Notes: generated by a model not told the origin, from the sequence alone. A stretch of DNA of 61,796 bases, filler included, from Candidatus Woesearchaeota archaeon (GCA_002685855.1; 6 parts of 6 records of this genome joined end to end with filler, not necessarily neighbours in it), one strand, 5' to 3'; counted from the first letter of the whole stretch, positions 9,208-20,726 are shown. Translations and numbers: made by a program.

Positions 9208-10077
9208 ATGCCTAAAAAAAAGAGCAATATCCACAAAAAAACAGCCTCTCAACAAGCAACTAAGCAAAATAGCTTCAGGGAACTTATCAAATTCTACATG
9301 ATAGACTGTAAATCACCGATGGGAAAACTTGTCGATATCTTCATCATCCTTCTCAACCTCATCATCTGTTTTATCTTTGTACTTGAAACCTATCCCATAG
9401 CAGAATCAACTCGAGCTCTTCTCTGGAAGATAGAGATTATTACCGTCATCTTCTTTATCGTTGAATATCTTGCACGACTCTATGGAGCAAGAGACCGATT
9501 TAAACACGTTAAAGATATCTACAGCATCATCGACCTTTTGGCAATCCTACCCACACTCTCACTTATTTTTATTCCTGCAACCCTAAACATAGGATTCGTT
9601 CGCATCATTCGTGTCTTCAGAGTCTTTAGAATATTCCGTTTCCTTCGCTTCACCGCCGATCCAAACTTCTTCTTTGGACGAGTTACCCTCATGCTGTTTA
9701 ACATTCTTCGACTCGCTATTACCATACTGCTTATCTTCTTTGTCTCATCCGGCCTCTTCTATCATGTAGAGAGTCAAATAAACCCCGAAATCAACACCTT
9801 TGGTGACGCATTCTACTTCACTGTTGTTACGCTCACAACTGTTGGCTTTGGAGATATCATTCCCCTATCAGAAGCAGGAAGATGGATCACTGTACTTATG
9901 ATCATCTCAGCCATAATACTTATCCCCTGGCACGCAGGACAGATCGTTAAACAATGGCGTTCTGTCGGAAAAAAAGAGGCAACCTGTCCTACCTGCGGTC
10001 TTACACAACACGATGAAGATGCCTCTCATTGCAAAGCCTGTGGAACAGTTATCTTTCAGAAGTATGGGGGAACATAG
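9208..10077 (+). CDS. Voltage-gated-type potassium channel with C-terminal zinc ribbon
   Basis: S4 RIIRVFRVFRIFRFLR; filter TTVGFGD; CPTCG..CKACG. Confidence 0.92.
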   Translation: MPKKKSNIHKKTASQQATKQNSFRELIKFYMIDCKSPMGKLVDIFIILLNLIICFIFVLETYPIAESTRALLWKIEIITVIFFIVEYLARLYGARDRFKHVKDIYSIIDLLAILPTLSLIFIPATLNIGFVRIIRVFRVFRIFRFLRFTADPNFFFGRVTLMLFNILRLAITILLIFFVSSGLFYHVESQINPEINTFGDAFYFTVVTLTTVGFGDIIPLSEAGRWITVLMIISAIILIPWHAGQIVKQWRSVGKKEATCPTCGLTQHDEDASHCKACGTVIFQKYGGT

Positions 10078-10109
10078 AAAAAGAAAATAAATAAAAAAAT
10101 AGGAAAGAC

Positions 10110-10304
10110 CTATTTCTTACATGCCTTCTGACATTCTGGACACTTGGTAGTACAAAGCTTACACGCTCCTACGACAAGGAAAACTGCTGTCCACCAGTTA
10201 ATACCCCAGAAGCTCCAGATTCCTAAATCTCCGAGTAAAAATATAATACCTAATACTAAAATAATCAGTCCACACAGACTCTTACACTTATTGCAACATC
10301 CCAT
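10110..10304 (-). CDS. Small Cys-rich membrane protein
   Basis: GGAGAGGTG SD; two hydrophobic segments (LLGDLGIWSFWGINWWT) flanked by CxxC motifs. Confidence 0.65.
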   Translation of the reverse strand: MGCCNKCKSLCGLIILVLGIIFLLGDLGIWSFWGINWWTAVFLVVGACKLCTTKCPECQKACKK

Positions 10305-10355
10305 AATTGATCACCTCTCCAGAGCTAATCATTCAGAATTTAAAAGGTTTACTAT

Positions 10356-11141
10356 TTAAAGAAGCGAGCTCTCAATAGCCGTCCTGCACCCACACTCCCA
10401 GTCAGAAAGCAAAGGAACAACCTTCAAAACAAGCTTCACAACATTATCAGCGTTCAGCTTCATTGTTGCCAACAACATATCGACACTCACATCCTCTGTT
10501 CCCTGCCGCCAGCAATCATAATCCGTACTCATCGCAATCGGCTGATAGCAAATTCCTGCCTCCCGAGCCAACACCGCTTCCGGAACAGTAGTCATATTAA
10601 TCGTGTCACACCCCCACTTCCTGAACAGTTCAGACTCTGCACGCGTGCTAAACCGTGGCCCTTCAATCACAACCATGGTTCCCTTTCCATGAAACTTCAA
10701 CCCAAGATTAGCCGCCTCCTTCACCAACAAATTACGCACCTTTTCACAGAACGGATCAGCCATACTAATATGACACACCTCCTGCCCCTCATAGAACGTC
10801 TGATGCCGTTTGGTTGTCCGATCAATAAACTGATCAATAAAAACCAGATGCCCCGGAGCAATATCCTCACGTAGACTACCACACGCTGTCGGCGCAAGAA
10901 TATGTGTTACTCCTAATTCTTTCATCGCCCACACATTTGCCCGTGCATTCACCTTGCTCGGATAGATATGGTGATTGCGGCCGTGCCGCGGAATAATCAC
11001 CACATCAACCCCTCCCACCTTCCCTGTTGTTACAAGATCAGAACACATCCCATACGGAGTATGCATCTTTTTCTGTTCAGAATTCTGCAAAAGATCAGGA
11101 TTTTCCAATCCCGAACCACCAATAATACCAACCTTTACCAT
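10356..11141 (-). CDS. mtnP: S-methyl-5'-thioadenosine phosphorylase
   Basis: GIIGGSG, PRHG..H, IEGPRFSTRAES, NMT..PE, TDYDCW. Confidence 0.95.
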   Translation of the reverse strand: MVKVGIIGGSGLENPDLLQNSEQKKMHTPYGMCSDLVTTGKVGGVDVVIIPRHGRNHHIYPSKVNARANVWAMKELGVTHILAPTACGSLREDIAPGHLVFIDQFIDRTTKRHQTFYEGQEVCHISMADPFCEKVRNLLVKEAANLGLKFHGKGTMVVIEGPRFSTRAESELFRKWGCDTINMTTVPEAVLAREAGICYQPIAMSTDYDCWRQGTEDVSVDMLLATMKLNADNVVKLVLKVVPLLSDWECGCRTAIESSLL

Positions 11142-11191
11142 AATGCAGCGAAAAACCTCATCTATTTAAACATTAGCCTTCCTCTTTAAGA

Positions 11192-12076
11192 ATGGAATCC
11201 CATCTTTCCCGCTATCGCAAACTCGGAGCAGACTTCAACCCTGAAAAAATAGTCATCAAACCCGCTTTTAGAATTAACACCCTTCGCATCCCTCCAAAAG
11301 ACCTCCTCAATAGACTCAACAAACAAGGAGTCAAACTCAAAAAGATCTCCTGGCTCGAATTCGGATATTTCTATGAATCAAACTTCTCTCTTGGCGCAAC
11401 ACCAGAATACCTCCTTGGCTACTACTATCTCCAGGCAGCACCCTCCCAGCTCGCAGCAGAAATCCTTGATCCGCAACCCAATGAGATGGTTCTGGACATG
11501 GCAGCAGCCCCCGGAGGAAAAACAACCCACCTCGCCCAGCTCATGAACAACAAAGGAGTAATTATCGCACTCGACATAGAAACAAAACGCCTTCAATCCC
11601 TTCGCAACAACCTCGAACGTCTTGCAATCTCCAACACCATCCTCTACAAAAAAGATGCCCGCTTCATCACCGACTTCAAAAAAGAGTTCGACAAAATCCT
11701 CCTCGACGCTCCCTGTTCAGGAAACTTCACACTCGAAGAAGACTGGTTCAAAAAAAGAAACCTCCTCGACCTTCCCCAAATGGCAAAACGACAAAAAGAA
11801 CTCCTGAATGCGGCTTGGAAGGTCCTAAAAAAAGGAGGAACACTCCTGTACTCCACTTGCTCACTCGAACCCGAAGAAAACGAACTCCAACTTGACACCT
11901 TCCTAGAAAAACATTCCGATGCCGAAATTCTCCCCATCAAACAAGAAGCAGGATCACCCGCCTATACAACCATCTTTGAAAAAGAGCTCGATCCTTCCAT
12001 CAGCAACGCAAAAAGGTTCTGGCCCCACCTCCACAACGTTAACGGGTTCTTTCTTGCCCTAATAAAAAAGAAATAA
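11192..12076 (+). CDS. RsmB/NOP2-family RNA m5C methyltransferase
   Basis: VLDMAAAPGGKT, DKILLDAPCSG, YSTCSLEPEENE. Confidence 0.95.
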   Translation: MESHLSRYRKLGADFNPEKIVIKPAFRINTLRIPPKDLLNRLNKQGVKLKKISWLEFGYFYESNFSLGATPEYLLGYYYLQAAPSQLAAEILDPQPNEMVLDMAAAPGGKTTHLAQLMNNKGVIIALDIETKRLQSLRNNLERLAISNTILYKKDARFITDFKKEFDKILLDAPCSGNFTLEEDWFKKRNLLDLPQMAKRQKELLNAAWKVLKKGGTLLYSTCSLEPEENELQLDTFLEKHSDAEILPIKQEAGSPAYTTIFEKELDPSISNAKRFWPHLHNVNGFFLALIKKK

Positions 12077-12084
12077 CTGTGTGG

Positions 12085-12112
12085 TGTCCTGCGAGTCCAC
12101 TCCGTGGCCTCG
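12085..12112 (+). repeat. 28-bp palindromic direct repeat, copy 1
   Basis: TGTCCTGCGAGTCCACTCCGTGGCCTCG, identical at 14093-14120. Confidence 0.9.
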
Positions 12113-12198
12113 AGAAGCTTCATAGATATCACATATCTCGACTAAACATCCTCGAAAGAAATAAACACATTTAAATAGGTTTAAACCCTTCCTGACAT

Positions 12199-12792
12199 GT
12201 GCCAAAAGGATATATGTTTGAAGAAAACGTTCTTGTAATAGATCGCACTCTTACGGAATTAGATCTCTTTGTAAAGTCCTTTCTTGAAATAATTCACAAG
12301 CATGTTGATTATCTTATTGTAAGCGGTTTTGTAAGTATTTCCACAGGAAGAACACGTGGAACAGAAGATGTGGATGTGCTTATTCCAAAGATGGACAAAG
12401 AACAATTTATCCCCTTATTTAATGAACTGTTAGAAAACAACTTCTGGTGTTTTCAGGGAGATACTGTTTCAGAAGTGTATCCCTATATAGCAGAGCTTGA
12501 AAATGTCCGCTTTGCAAGAAAAGAAGAGCTCTTTCCCAACATGGAATGTATACCTGTCACTCCAGAAAAAAAGGCTCAATTTTTTGAGTTCTCACATCCG
12601 CAACACATAAGAATTCATGATTTCACATTTAAAATTCCCCCCTTAGAATTTGAAATATTGTATAAAGAGCTTGTGCTAAAAAGCGAGAAAGATCTGCTTG
12701 ATGCATTGCATCTCCGTACGGTTTTTTCCGAAATCCTTAAACAGGAAAATTTTAAAAAGTTTAAAAAAATAATCGAAGATGGATTGAAATGA
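12199..12792 (+). CDS. Nucleotidyltransferase (AbiEii/MenT-like superfamily)
   Basis: SG..S..TGRTRGTEDVDVL and C-terminal K...KDLLD motifs. Confidence 0.65.
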   Translation: MPKGYMFEENVLVIDRTLTELDLFVKSFLEIIHKHVDYLIVSGFVSISTGRTRGTEDVDVLIPKMDKEQFIPLFNELLENNFWCFQGDTVSEVYPYIAELENVRFARKEELFPNMECIPVTPEKKAQFFEFSHPQHIRIHDFTFKIPPLEFEILYKELVLKSEKDLLDALHLRTVFSEILKQENFKKFKKIIEDGLK

Positions 12793-12980
12793 ACAAACAA
12801 GAATATGTTGTAACCTATGCAAAAGAACTTAAAAATAACTCCGCCCTCTTTTCACAACAAAAGCTCATTATAGATTCTCAGATAAAGGCTAGCGCTTCTT
12901 TTTTCAGAAATATGTTTAAAGAAGAGGAATACAAAAAAGCTGCACGAAGATATCTCCATCAAAGAGGACTGCTGAAATAA
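12789..12980 (+). CDS. Small basic protein translationally coupled to the nucleotidyltransferase
   Basis: ATGA overlap; 63 aa. Confidence 0.6.
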   Translation: MNKQEYVVTYAKELKNNSALFSQQKLIIDSQIKASASFFRNMFKEEEYKKAARRYLHQRGLLK

Positions 12981-13036
12981 TTTAACGTGGCTGAGAACAC
13001 CTCCTGTTCCAGAAGTATCCTGGATTGAAACCTCTT

Positions 13037-14053
13037 CTATCGCATCGAAGAAAAACCAAATGCCCCATTATACCCTATCTCAAAAGATATTGGAAAAGAA
13101 GTATCAAGCTCCTCCCCTAAATCATTCATTGAATGCTGATGTGCAAAAGAGATGCCTCCATAATATTCAAAGAAAACAGAGATGCCCAAGAAAGATGGAT
13201 CAACTCCTTGGAACCTCTGACCCAGCCGAAGCGAGTGTATAAAAAGTTCTCCAAGTGGCTTACGCTCATACCAATGCCACCTTCCCCTACTTTGATCTCC
13301 TTGACCTACAGACTTGTTGTCCTTGTTCCCCTTAAAACTGTAAAAATCCACCTTATCAAGAGAATATTCTAAAAAGAGTGTTTTCTGTGCAACCGCAGGA
13401 TCTGAGTTTTCCTGTTCCTTAAACGATCTCGATTGTACAAGACTGGCCCGAAAAAAAAGACCGCTCGCATCTCGAACATAGGAAGGTATTTCACCCAAGG
13501 ATCTTAATCTTTTTCCATGATACTGCACACCAATCCCATACGTGTCTGCATAATCCCTGTCAGGTTCAACATAGCCGGCAACGTCCGCAGCATGGTCAAT
13601 ATAGGTTCGAATACCAAGGTCAAACACCCATTCAGGAGTTTGATAACCAACACTTGCTTCCAACGTAACAGGAATAGGAATAGGGAAGATAAACCGGTTA
13701 TCTCTGTGGAATACATTAGTTGTTCCTCCTAAGGTTTTATCCGGCTGAAGATCCATACCCTGTTTCCAGGGGCCTTCCTCCATCCAATATCCTTCCCGAA
13801 ACTCTTCAGGAAAGTTCGAACCCTGAACAAGTCCGCTTTGCAATCCAGCATGCGCCTTCAAGTGAAAATCAACATAAACACCCTTTGTTGGTTCCGGTCT
13901 CGCTGTTTCCTTTTGCTGCTCCTGCCCCGCCGGATCCCTCTCTGCTCCCTGTGCAGAAGAGCAAGGAAGAGGAGAAAAAGAAATTGCCGCTGCCAGCACA
14001 GCAGCTCCCACTGTCGATCTTACACGCTTCATCATCGATTCCAAAACAGACAT
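13037..14053 (-). CDS. Exported beta-strand-rich hypothetical protein
   Basis: Signal peptide KRVRSTVGAAVLAAAISFSPL..AQG; many alternating Y/F/G strands. Confidence 0.65.
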   Translation of the reverse strand: MSVLESMMKRVRSTVGAAVLAAAISFSPLPCSSAQGAERDPAGQEQQKETARPEPTKGVYVDFHLKAHAGLQSGLVQGSNFPEEFREGYWMEEGPWKQGMDLQPDKTLGGTTNVFHRDNRFIFPIPIPVTLEASVGYQTPEWVFDLGIRTYIDHAADVAGYVEPDRDYADTYGIGVQYHGKRLRSLGEIPSYVRDASGLFFRASLVQSRSFKEQENSDPAVAQKTLFLEYSLDKVDFYSFKGNKDNKSVGQGDQSRGRWHWYERKPLGELFIHSLRLGQRFQGVDPSFLGISVFFEYYGGISFAHQHSMNDLGEELDTSFPISFEIGYNGAFGFSSMR

Positions 14054-14092
14054 AAAGAAGGAAAACCCCGACTCTATATTAACTTTTTTCTT

Positions 14093-14120
14093 TGTCCTGC
14101 GAGTCCACTCCGTGGCCTCG
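14093..14120 (+). repeat. 28-bp palindromic direct repeat, copy 2
   Basis: Identical to 12085-12112. Confidence 0.9.
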
Positions 14121-14291
14121 GAACCACTCAAACCTCCCCTTCTCCACCCCTCTCTTTTGATTTCCTTCACTCATTTAAAAACACCCTCAAGAAAGCTTTA
14201 AATACCCCTCAAGATTCCCTGACTTTAAGAAGAAAATGCGTTGTTTGGCCTCAACAAATCTGCCAAACCACAACAAAACGGAGGAACAAAG

Positions 14292-14573
14292 ATGAAGATC
14301 ACACCACTCGGAGAACGCGTCCTGATCGAGCCTTCAACAGGCGAAGAACGAACAAAAGGAGGAATCTATATTCCGGATTCTGCAAAAGAAACAAAAAAGG
14401 AAGGAACTGTCATCGAAGTCGGAACAACAAAACAAGGAACACCCCTCCCTCTCAGCAAAGGAGACAAAATTCTTTACGGCGGTTACAGCAACGAAGACTT
14501 TGAAATAGAAGGGAAAAAATACATCATACTTGAATACAAGGACATCATCGCAAAACTCGAAAGAACTCTGTAA
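14292..14573 (+). CDS. groES: Co-chaperonin GroES
   Basis: MKITPLGERVLI..TKGGIYIPDSAKE...GDKILY; GGAGG SD. Confidence 0.95.
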   Translation: MKITPLGERVLIEPSTGEERTKGGIYIPDSAKETKKEGTVIEVGTTKQGTPLPLSKGDKILYGGYSNEDFEIEGKKYIILEYKDIIAKLERTL

Positions 14574-16250
<1,677 letters not shown>

Positions 16251-16931
16251 ATAAACCTCTCCTCACAAATTGGGAGAAAGGTGGGAAGAGAGATTACAGG
16301 ACTGCATCCTATAATGGACGCTCATCTTCTTTCTGGAGACAGAGTTGCCTCTACTCTTTTCCCTGTTTCCACAGCAGGAAATACAATAACCATACGAAGA
16401 TTTGCACGGAATCCCTGGACAATTACAACCCTAATAGCAAACAATACTCTCTCAAAAGAGATGGCTGCGTTCATATGGCTGGCAATGCACTATGAAATGA
16501 ACATCCTGGTTGCAGGAGGAACAGCATCAGGAAAAACATCTATGTTATCAGCAATATCCGGATTGCTGCCAACCAATCAAAGAGTTATTTCAATAGAAGA
16601 CACAAGAGAAATCACTCTTCCTGAAGAACTGGAATGGAACTGGGTCCCTCTTACAACAAGAAACCCAAACCCTGAAGGCCAGGGAGAAGTCACCATGCTG
16701 GACCTGATCGTGAGCTCATTACGCATGCGTCCAGACAGGATTATAGCGGGAGAAGTCAGAAGAAAAGCACAGGCAGAAACCATGTTTGAAGCAATGCATA
16801 CAGGTCATAGTGTATACACCACAATTCACGCAGACACAGTTGAACAAGTAAAAAGAAGGAAAACCCAAATACGGATTCAGATACTCTCCAATAATAGTAA
16901 TAGGGAGTCTGGTAATATTTTTTATCTGTAG
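16251..16931 (+). pseudogene. Internal fragment of a type II/IV secretion (CpaF/VirB11-like) pilus ATPase
   Basis: Walker A GGTASGKT, IEDTRE, LRMRPDRIIAGEVR, AMHTGH. Lacks the N-terminal half; similarity ends at ..VEQVKRR (~16860). Confidence 0.8.
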
Positions 16932-17031
16932 ATACGTGATTGGTAACTTTTTTGAAGGATTAATATAAAGAGGAGAAATGAAAAAGTTTATATGTTGAGC
17001 AACCTAAAATAGTAAAAAACAGGTGATTTTC

Positions 17032-17496
17032 ATGAAACTGCAAAAAAAAGCCCAAGGCGCAACAGAATATCTAATAATTCTTGCAATAGTAATCATAATA
17101 GCACTAATCGTTGTAGGTGCAATGGGGGGTATACCAGGTATCGGAACAGGAGCACGGTCAAGAGCATCTTCCTCGTTCTGGCAGACAGCTGATATCGCAA
17201 TACCTGCATATGCAGTAACAGCGTCTAACGATGATATGGTGTTAGATGTAAGGAACAATCTTAGAAACAGCATCTCCTCACTCACAGTAACTGTTGATAG
17301 TGATTCGGCAACGTGTTCACAAACAAGCCTTTCTGCAGGACAGGTGGCGAACTGTACTATCACAGATGTTACATCATGCGCTGCAGGAGACGCGTTTAGT
17401 TTTGCAGTAAGCATAACCTACACAGACGACGAAACATCTGCAGCTTATACCTATACAGGCGAAGGCCATAACCTTGATGGTAAGTGTGCCACATAA
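17032..17496 (+). CDS. Archaeal type IV pilin-like protein (class III signal peptide)
   Basis: KKAQG/ATEYLIILAIVIIIALIVV cleavage motif with Glu and hydrophobic helix. Confidence 0.9.
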   Translation: MKLQKKAQGATEYLIILAIVIIIALIVVGAMGGIPGIGTGARSRASSSFWQTADIAIPAYAVTASNDDMVLDVRNNLRNSISSLTVTVDSDSATCSQTSLSAGQVANCTITDVTSCAAGDAFSFAVSITYTDDETSAAYTYTGEGHNLDGKCAT

Positions 17497-17538
17497 CTTT
17501 TTTTCTTTTTTTAGACTTTTTTTTACTAACCCATCCAG

Positions 17539-18423
17539 ATGAATATAAATCATGAACTTCAAAAAAATCCCGTACTTCTTTCAGTTTTTCCTGTAGAGTT
17601 ATATAGTTCAGCAATAATAAAGCTCTTAAATACAATTCACACAAAAAAGGTCTGTTATGTGAGCCTCAATAAAACAGCTCACTCGCTTCAAAACTTTTTC
17701 CCCTTAAACAACGTCAATGCAAAAAATTTCTTCTTTATCGATACTGTTTCAGAAGGTATTGGCAATACTGCCTCTAATGATAATGTACTCAAAATATCCT
17801 CGCCCGCAGCATTTACTGAGCTCAGCATAGCAATAAGTGAAGCCGTAAAATCGGGCTACTTTGATCTTGTTTTCTTTGACTCCCTTTCAACACTCTCCTT
17901 CCTAAATGTAAGAAGAGGAAAAACAGAAAAGTTTATCTCCCATACCATCAACGTCGTGAAGAATCAGGACAAGAACGGCATTTTTACCTGTCTGGAAGGA
18001 GAAATGGATACAACACTCATTAAAGATTGCTGTCTCTGTGTTGACAAAGTTGTACATGTTCACATCAGCCCATCTCAACAACCCCCCTTTGCCGTCCTAA
18101 CAGGAATGATCATTGCAGCAATAGGAACAATCGGGCTTATAAGCAGAACAGGATTTCAAAACACCCTCCCAACCGCATTAGCAATACTTGAACCCTTCAA
18201 ACACACACAATCTCCTATCTATATCTTTCTCTCCCTCTTCTTCCTTATCTGTGCAGGACTTCTGATTTACAAAAAAAGAACCTTGACAACTATTCCTCTA
18301 GAAAAGATCCGCACCATCACTCCCAAAGAAAAACCACACCACCAGATCAGAACCCATGCACGCAAAACAATTCATGCCTGGATAAAAAAAGACAAACAGA
18401 ACAATCAAACCTCGAACCCATAA
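17539..18423 (+). CDS. Inactive KaiC/RecA-like domain fused to two TM helices
   Basis: VCYVSLNK, FFFIDTVS, SSP..TELSI, VFFDSLSTL; no Walker A. Confidence 0.6.
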   Translation: MNINHELQKNPVLLSVFPVELYSSAIIKLLNTIHTKKVCYVSLNKTAHSLQNFFPLNNVNAKNFFFIDTVSEGIGNTASNDNVLKISSPAAFTELSIAISEAVKSGYFDLVFFDSLSTLSFLNVRRGKTEKFISHTINVVKNQDKNGIFTCLEGEMDTTLIKDCCLCVDKVVHVHISPSQQPPFAVLTGMIIAAIGTIGLISRTGFQNTLPTALAILEPFKHTQSPIYIFLSLFFLICAGLLIYKKRTLTTIPLEKIRTITPKEKPHHQIRTHARKTIHAWIKKDKQNNQTSNP

Positions 18424-19049
18424 CTTCCATACATCGGCGTAAACAGAAACGGCCCTAACAATTCCCTGCGCAGCCTGCCTTGTTCATCCTTCACACCCTT
18501 AATCATCTCCTGTTCTTCTCGCGTCCCAACCGGACCCACAATAATACCGCCCGGCTTCAACTGCTCCAGCAACGGCTTAGGAAACTCCTTACAGGCAGCA
18601 GTAATAATAATCTTGTCAAACAAGGCTTCCTTTGCATGACCTTGGGCTCCATTCTCTTCAAACACTACAACATTCGTAATCCCTGCCTTCTTCAAATGTG
18701 TTCTCCCCATATTTACAAGCTCAGGAATAATCTCTGTACTCACCACCTTTCCAGAAGGCCCCACAATCTTTCCAATCATCGCAGCCTGATACCCGCTTCC
18801 TGTGCCAACCTCAAACACCCGCTCACCCGGCTTCAACTCCAATGCAGAGGTCATAATCATCACCGTCGTCGGCTGAGAAATTGTTTTCCCCCGCAGCAAT
18901 GGCTGCGGCCTGTCCTCATACGCCTTTTCCCTGAACTCTTCAGGCAGAAACTCCTCCCTATTCAATTCAGAAAATGCCTGGATTTCCTGCTCCCTAAAAT
19001 GAAAGTTCTCCTTCCAAAATCTGATAAGCTGTTCTTTTGCAGGGTTCAT
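18405..19049 (-). CDS. pcm: Protein-L-isoaspartate O-methyltransferase
   Basis: TISQP, EVGTGSGYQAA, FDKIIITAA, LLEQLKPGG. Confidence 0.95.
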   Translation of the reverse strand: MNPAKEQLIRFWKENFHFREQEIQAFSELNREEFLPEEFREKAYEDRPQPLLRGKTISQPTTVMIMTSALELKPGERVFEVGTGSGYQAAMIGKIVGPSGKVVSTEIIPELVNMGRTHLKKAGITNVVVFEENGAQGHAKEALFDKIIITAACKEFPKPLLEQLKPGGIIVGPVGTREEQEMIKGVKDEQGRLRRELLGPFLFTPMYGSYGFEV

Positions 19050-19199
19050 ATACGCCTTTTGCTATCGCTTCCTTTTATACTTTTGGAAGACTCTTTTTTT
19101 TCAATATAGTCATTAAATAGGTCGTGGCCGTTTCTTTTACCTGGCCGTTTCTTTCTACCCTGCTTTCTCTTTCACCCAACCTTCTCTTTGATCAGCTAA

Positions 19200-19628
19200 T
19201 CAAGCCCACAAGCCAAGCATAACACCCATCACTAGCAGACTCATCAAACTATATCCATTATTCAGCAAATAAAGCTGAAACGGCTTCCGTTCCCACAACA
19301 CCATTCCTAACGTTGTTGTAGCAATAAATCCCAGCCACAGCCAGAATCCAACAATGGCCCCACTCACACCACTCCCCGCACCAACAATCCGAATCATAAC
19401 TGCCAAAACAAAACTCATCACCAAACTAGAAAGAAACCCCAAAAAATACCGTGAACCCATCCCCTCTTCTTCAGCACGCTCCTGATCCTTTTTTGTAAAC
19501 CCTGAAAGTTTAATCCACATCTTCCCGAACATTCCTGGACTATACCATGCCGCTCCCAACACCATCGAAACAAGTGCTGCCACCACAACCGCCCACAATT
19601 CAACCGTTGTATAAAAGACATTAACCAT
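19200..19628 (-). CDS. DUF1761-family membrane protein
   Basis: LGAAWYSP.MFGK.W, LWLGF, LWE.KP..LY..N.GY. Confidence 0.8.
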   Translation of the reverse strand: MVNVFYTTVELWAVVVAALVSMVLGAAWYSPGMFGKMWIKLSGFTKKDQERAEEEGMGSRYFLGFLSSLVMSFVLAVMIRIVGAGSGVSGAIVGFWLWLGFIATTTLGMVLWERKPFQLYLLNNGYSLMSLLVMGVMLGLWA

Positions 19629-19833
19629 AGCTATCCCTCCAAAATATTAAGAACAGAAAGCAGCCGTTCTATATAAACATACAGGAAGCCCTCTTAAAGA
19701 GAACGCCAGAAATCCCCCCAAACCCCCATATACTGCTGATAAACCACAACCCTTATAAAAACAGTATGCCTCCAAACAAAAAATCGTCAAAACGAGTTCT
19801 TTTCCTTGTTTTTTCGAATATGGAGTGGATACG

Positions 19834-20262
19834 ATGCCCGTAAAAAATGGAGACAAAATAAAAGTTGACTACACAGGGAGCCTGGAAGACGGCACAATCT
19901 TTGACAGTTCAGAAAAAGCAGGACACCCGATCGAAGTAGAAATAGGAGCCCACAAAGTCATCAAAGGATTTGAAGACGCCTTGCTCAACATGAAAAAAGG
20001 AGAAGAAAAAGAAGTAACCCTCCCATCCGATATGGCCTATGGAGACCCAAATCCACAACTCCTCAAAAAAGTCCCTAAAGACCAGCTCCCCAAAGAGCAA
20101 GAACTCAAACCCGGAATGATGTTGGCAGTCAGTCTTCCCAACGGAATGCAACTCCCTGCAAAGATCGTAGAAGTAGGAGACACAGAAGTAACCCTCGACC
20201 TCAACCATCCCCTTGCCGGAAAAACATTAAAGTTCAAACTCAAAGTTGTTGACATACTTTAA
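19834..20262 (+). CDS. slyD: FKBP-type peptidyl-prolyl isomerase (SlyD-like)
   Basis: VDYTGSLEDGTIFDSS, AYG, LDLNHPLAGKTL.F. Confidence 0.92.
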   Translation: MPVKNGDKIKVDYTGSLEDGTIFDSSEKAGHPIEVEIGAHKVIKGFEDALLNMKKGEEKEVTLPSDMAYGDPNPQLLKKVPKDQLPKEQELKPGMMLAVSLPNGMQLPAKIVEVGDTEVTLDLNHPLAGKTLKFKLKVVDIL

Positions 20263-20305
20263 TAAAAAGAACCTATCTTAGGATATCACTAAACAATAAG
20301 ACCCT

Positions 20306-20539
20306 TCATTTAGAAAGATATCTTGAAATGCGTTCAACCTTCTCTTTTTTATCTATCAACTCATAAAACTTTTTTGCATGCCGAAGCGGAAGAATAGGAA
20401 GTTCAAGACCCTTTCCATGAGAGGTCTCTACCTCTCGAAATATGACCTCTTTTGAACCGTCCCAATTCATTTTCCGGATGAGTTCAATAGGAATAGATAC
20501 CTTATACTGATGATTGTTTTTTGTAATTTTTCGTTTCAT
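20306..20539 (-). CDS. AbrB/MazE/SpoVT-family DNA-binding protein
   Basis: RKITK..HQYKVSIP.ELIRKMNW; TGAGTAATCA tandem repeat just upstream. Confidence 0.6.
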   Translation of the reverse strand: MKRKITKNNHQYKVSIPIELIRKMNWDGSKEVIFREVETSHGKGLELPILPLRHAKKFYELIDKKEKVERISRYLSK

Positions 20540-20659
20540 GGGCCTGAGTAATCATGAGTAATCAACCACCTTTAAAAAACTTTCGATAATTAACTACTCT
20601 AAAGTGAAAACATATTCATCAGAGAGCCTGCATTCAAAGAGAAGATCGTCAAATCAATA

Positions 20660-20726
20660 AATTTCCATATAGTCATTAAGTCATTCCTAACTTTCTCTAC
20701 GAGAAAGTATGGTAAATAATTGAACC
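20660..20726 (+). repeat. Dispersed ~65-bp hairpin-containing repeat, copy 2
   Basis: Matches the reverse complement of 3722-3788. Confidence 0.8.

Noticed and set aside
14241..14291. N-terminal extension of GroES in the ORF track (similar extensions at 3659-3739, 8461-8688, 14054-14170)
   Set aside because: SD position and family start point to downstream ATGs; the extensions run through promoters, repeats or a neighbouring gene
19125..19154. Short tandem duplication TGGCCGTTTCTTT x2
   Set aside because: Only two 13-bp units in a pyrimidine-rich intergenic tract; no function can be supported
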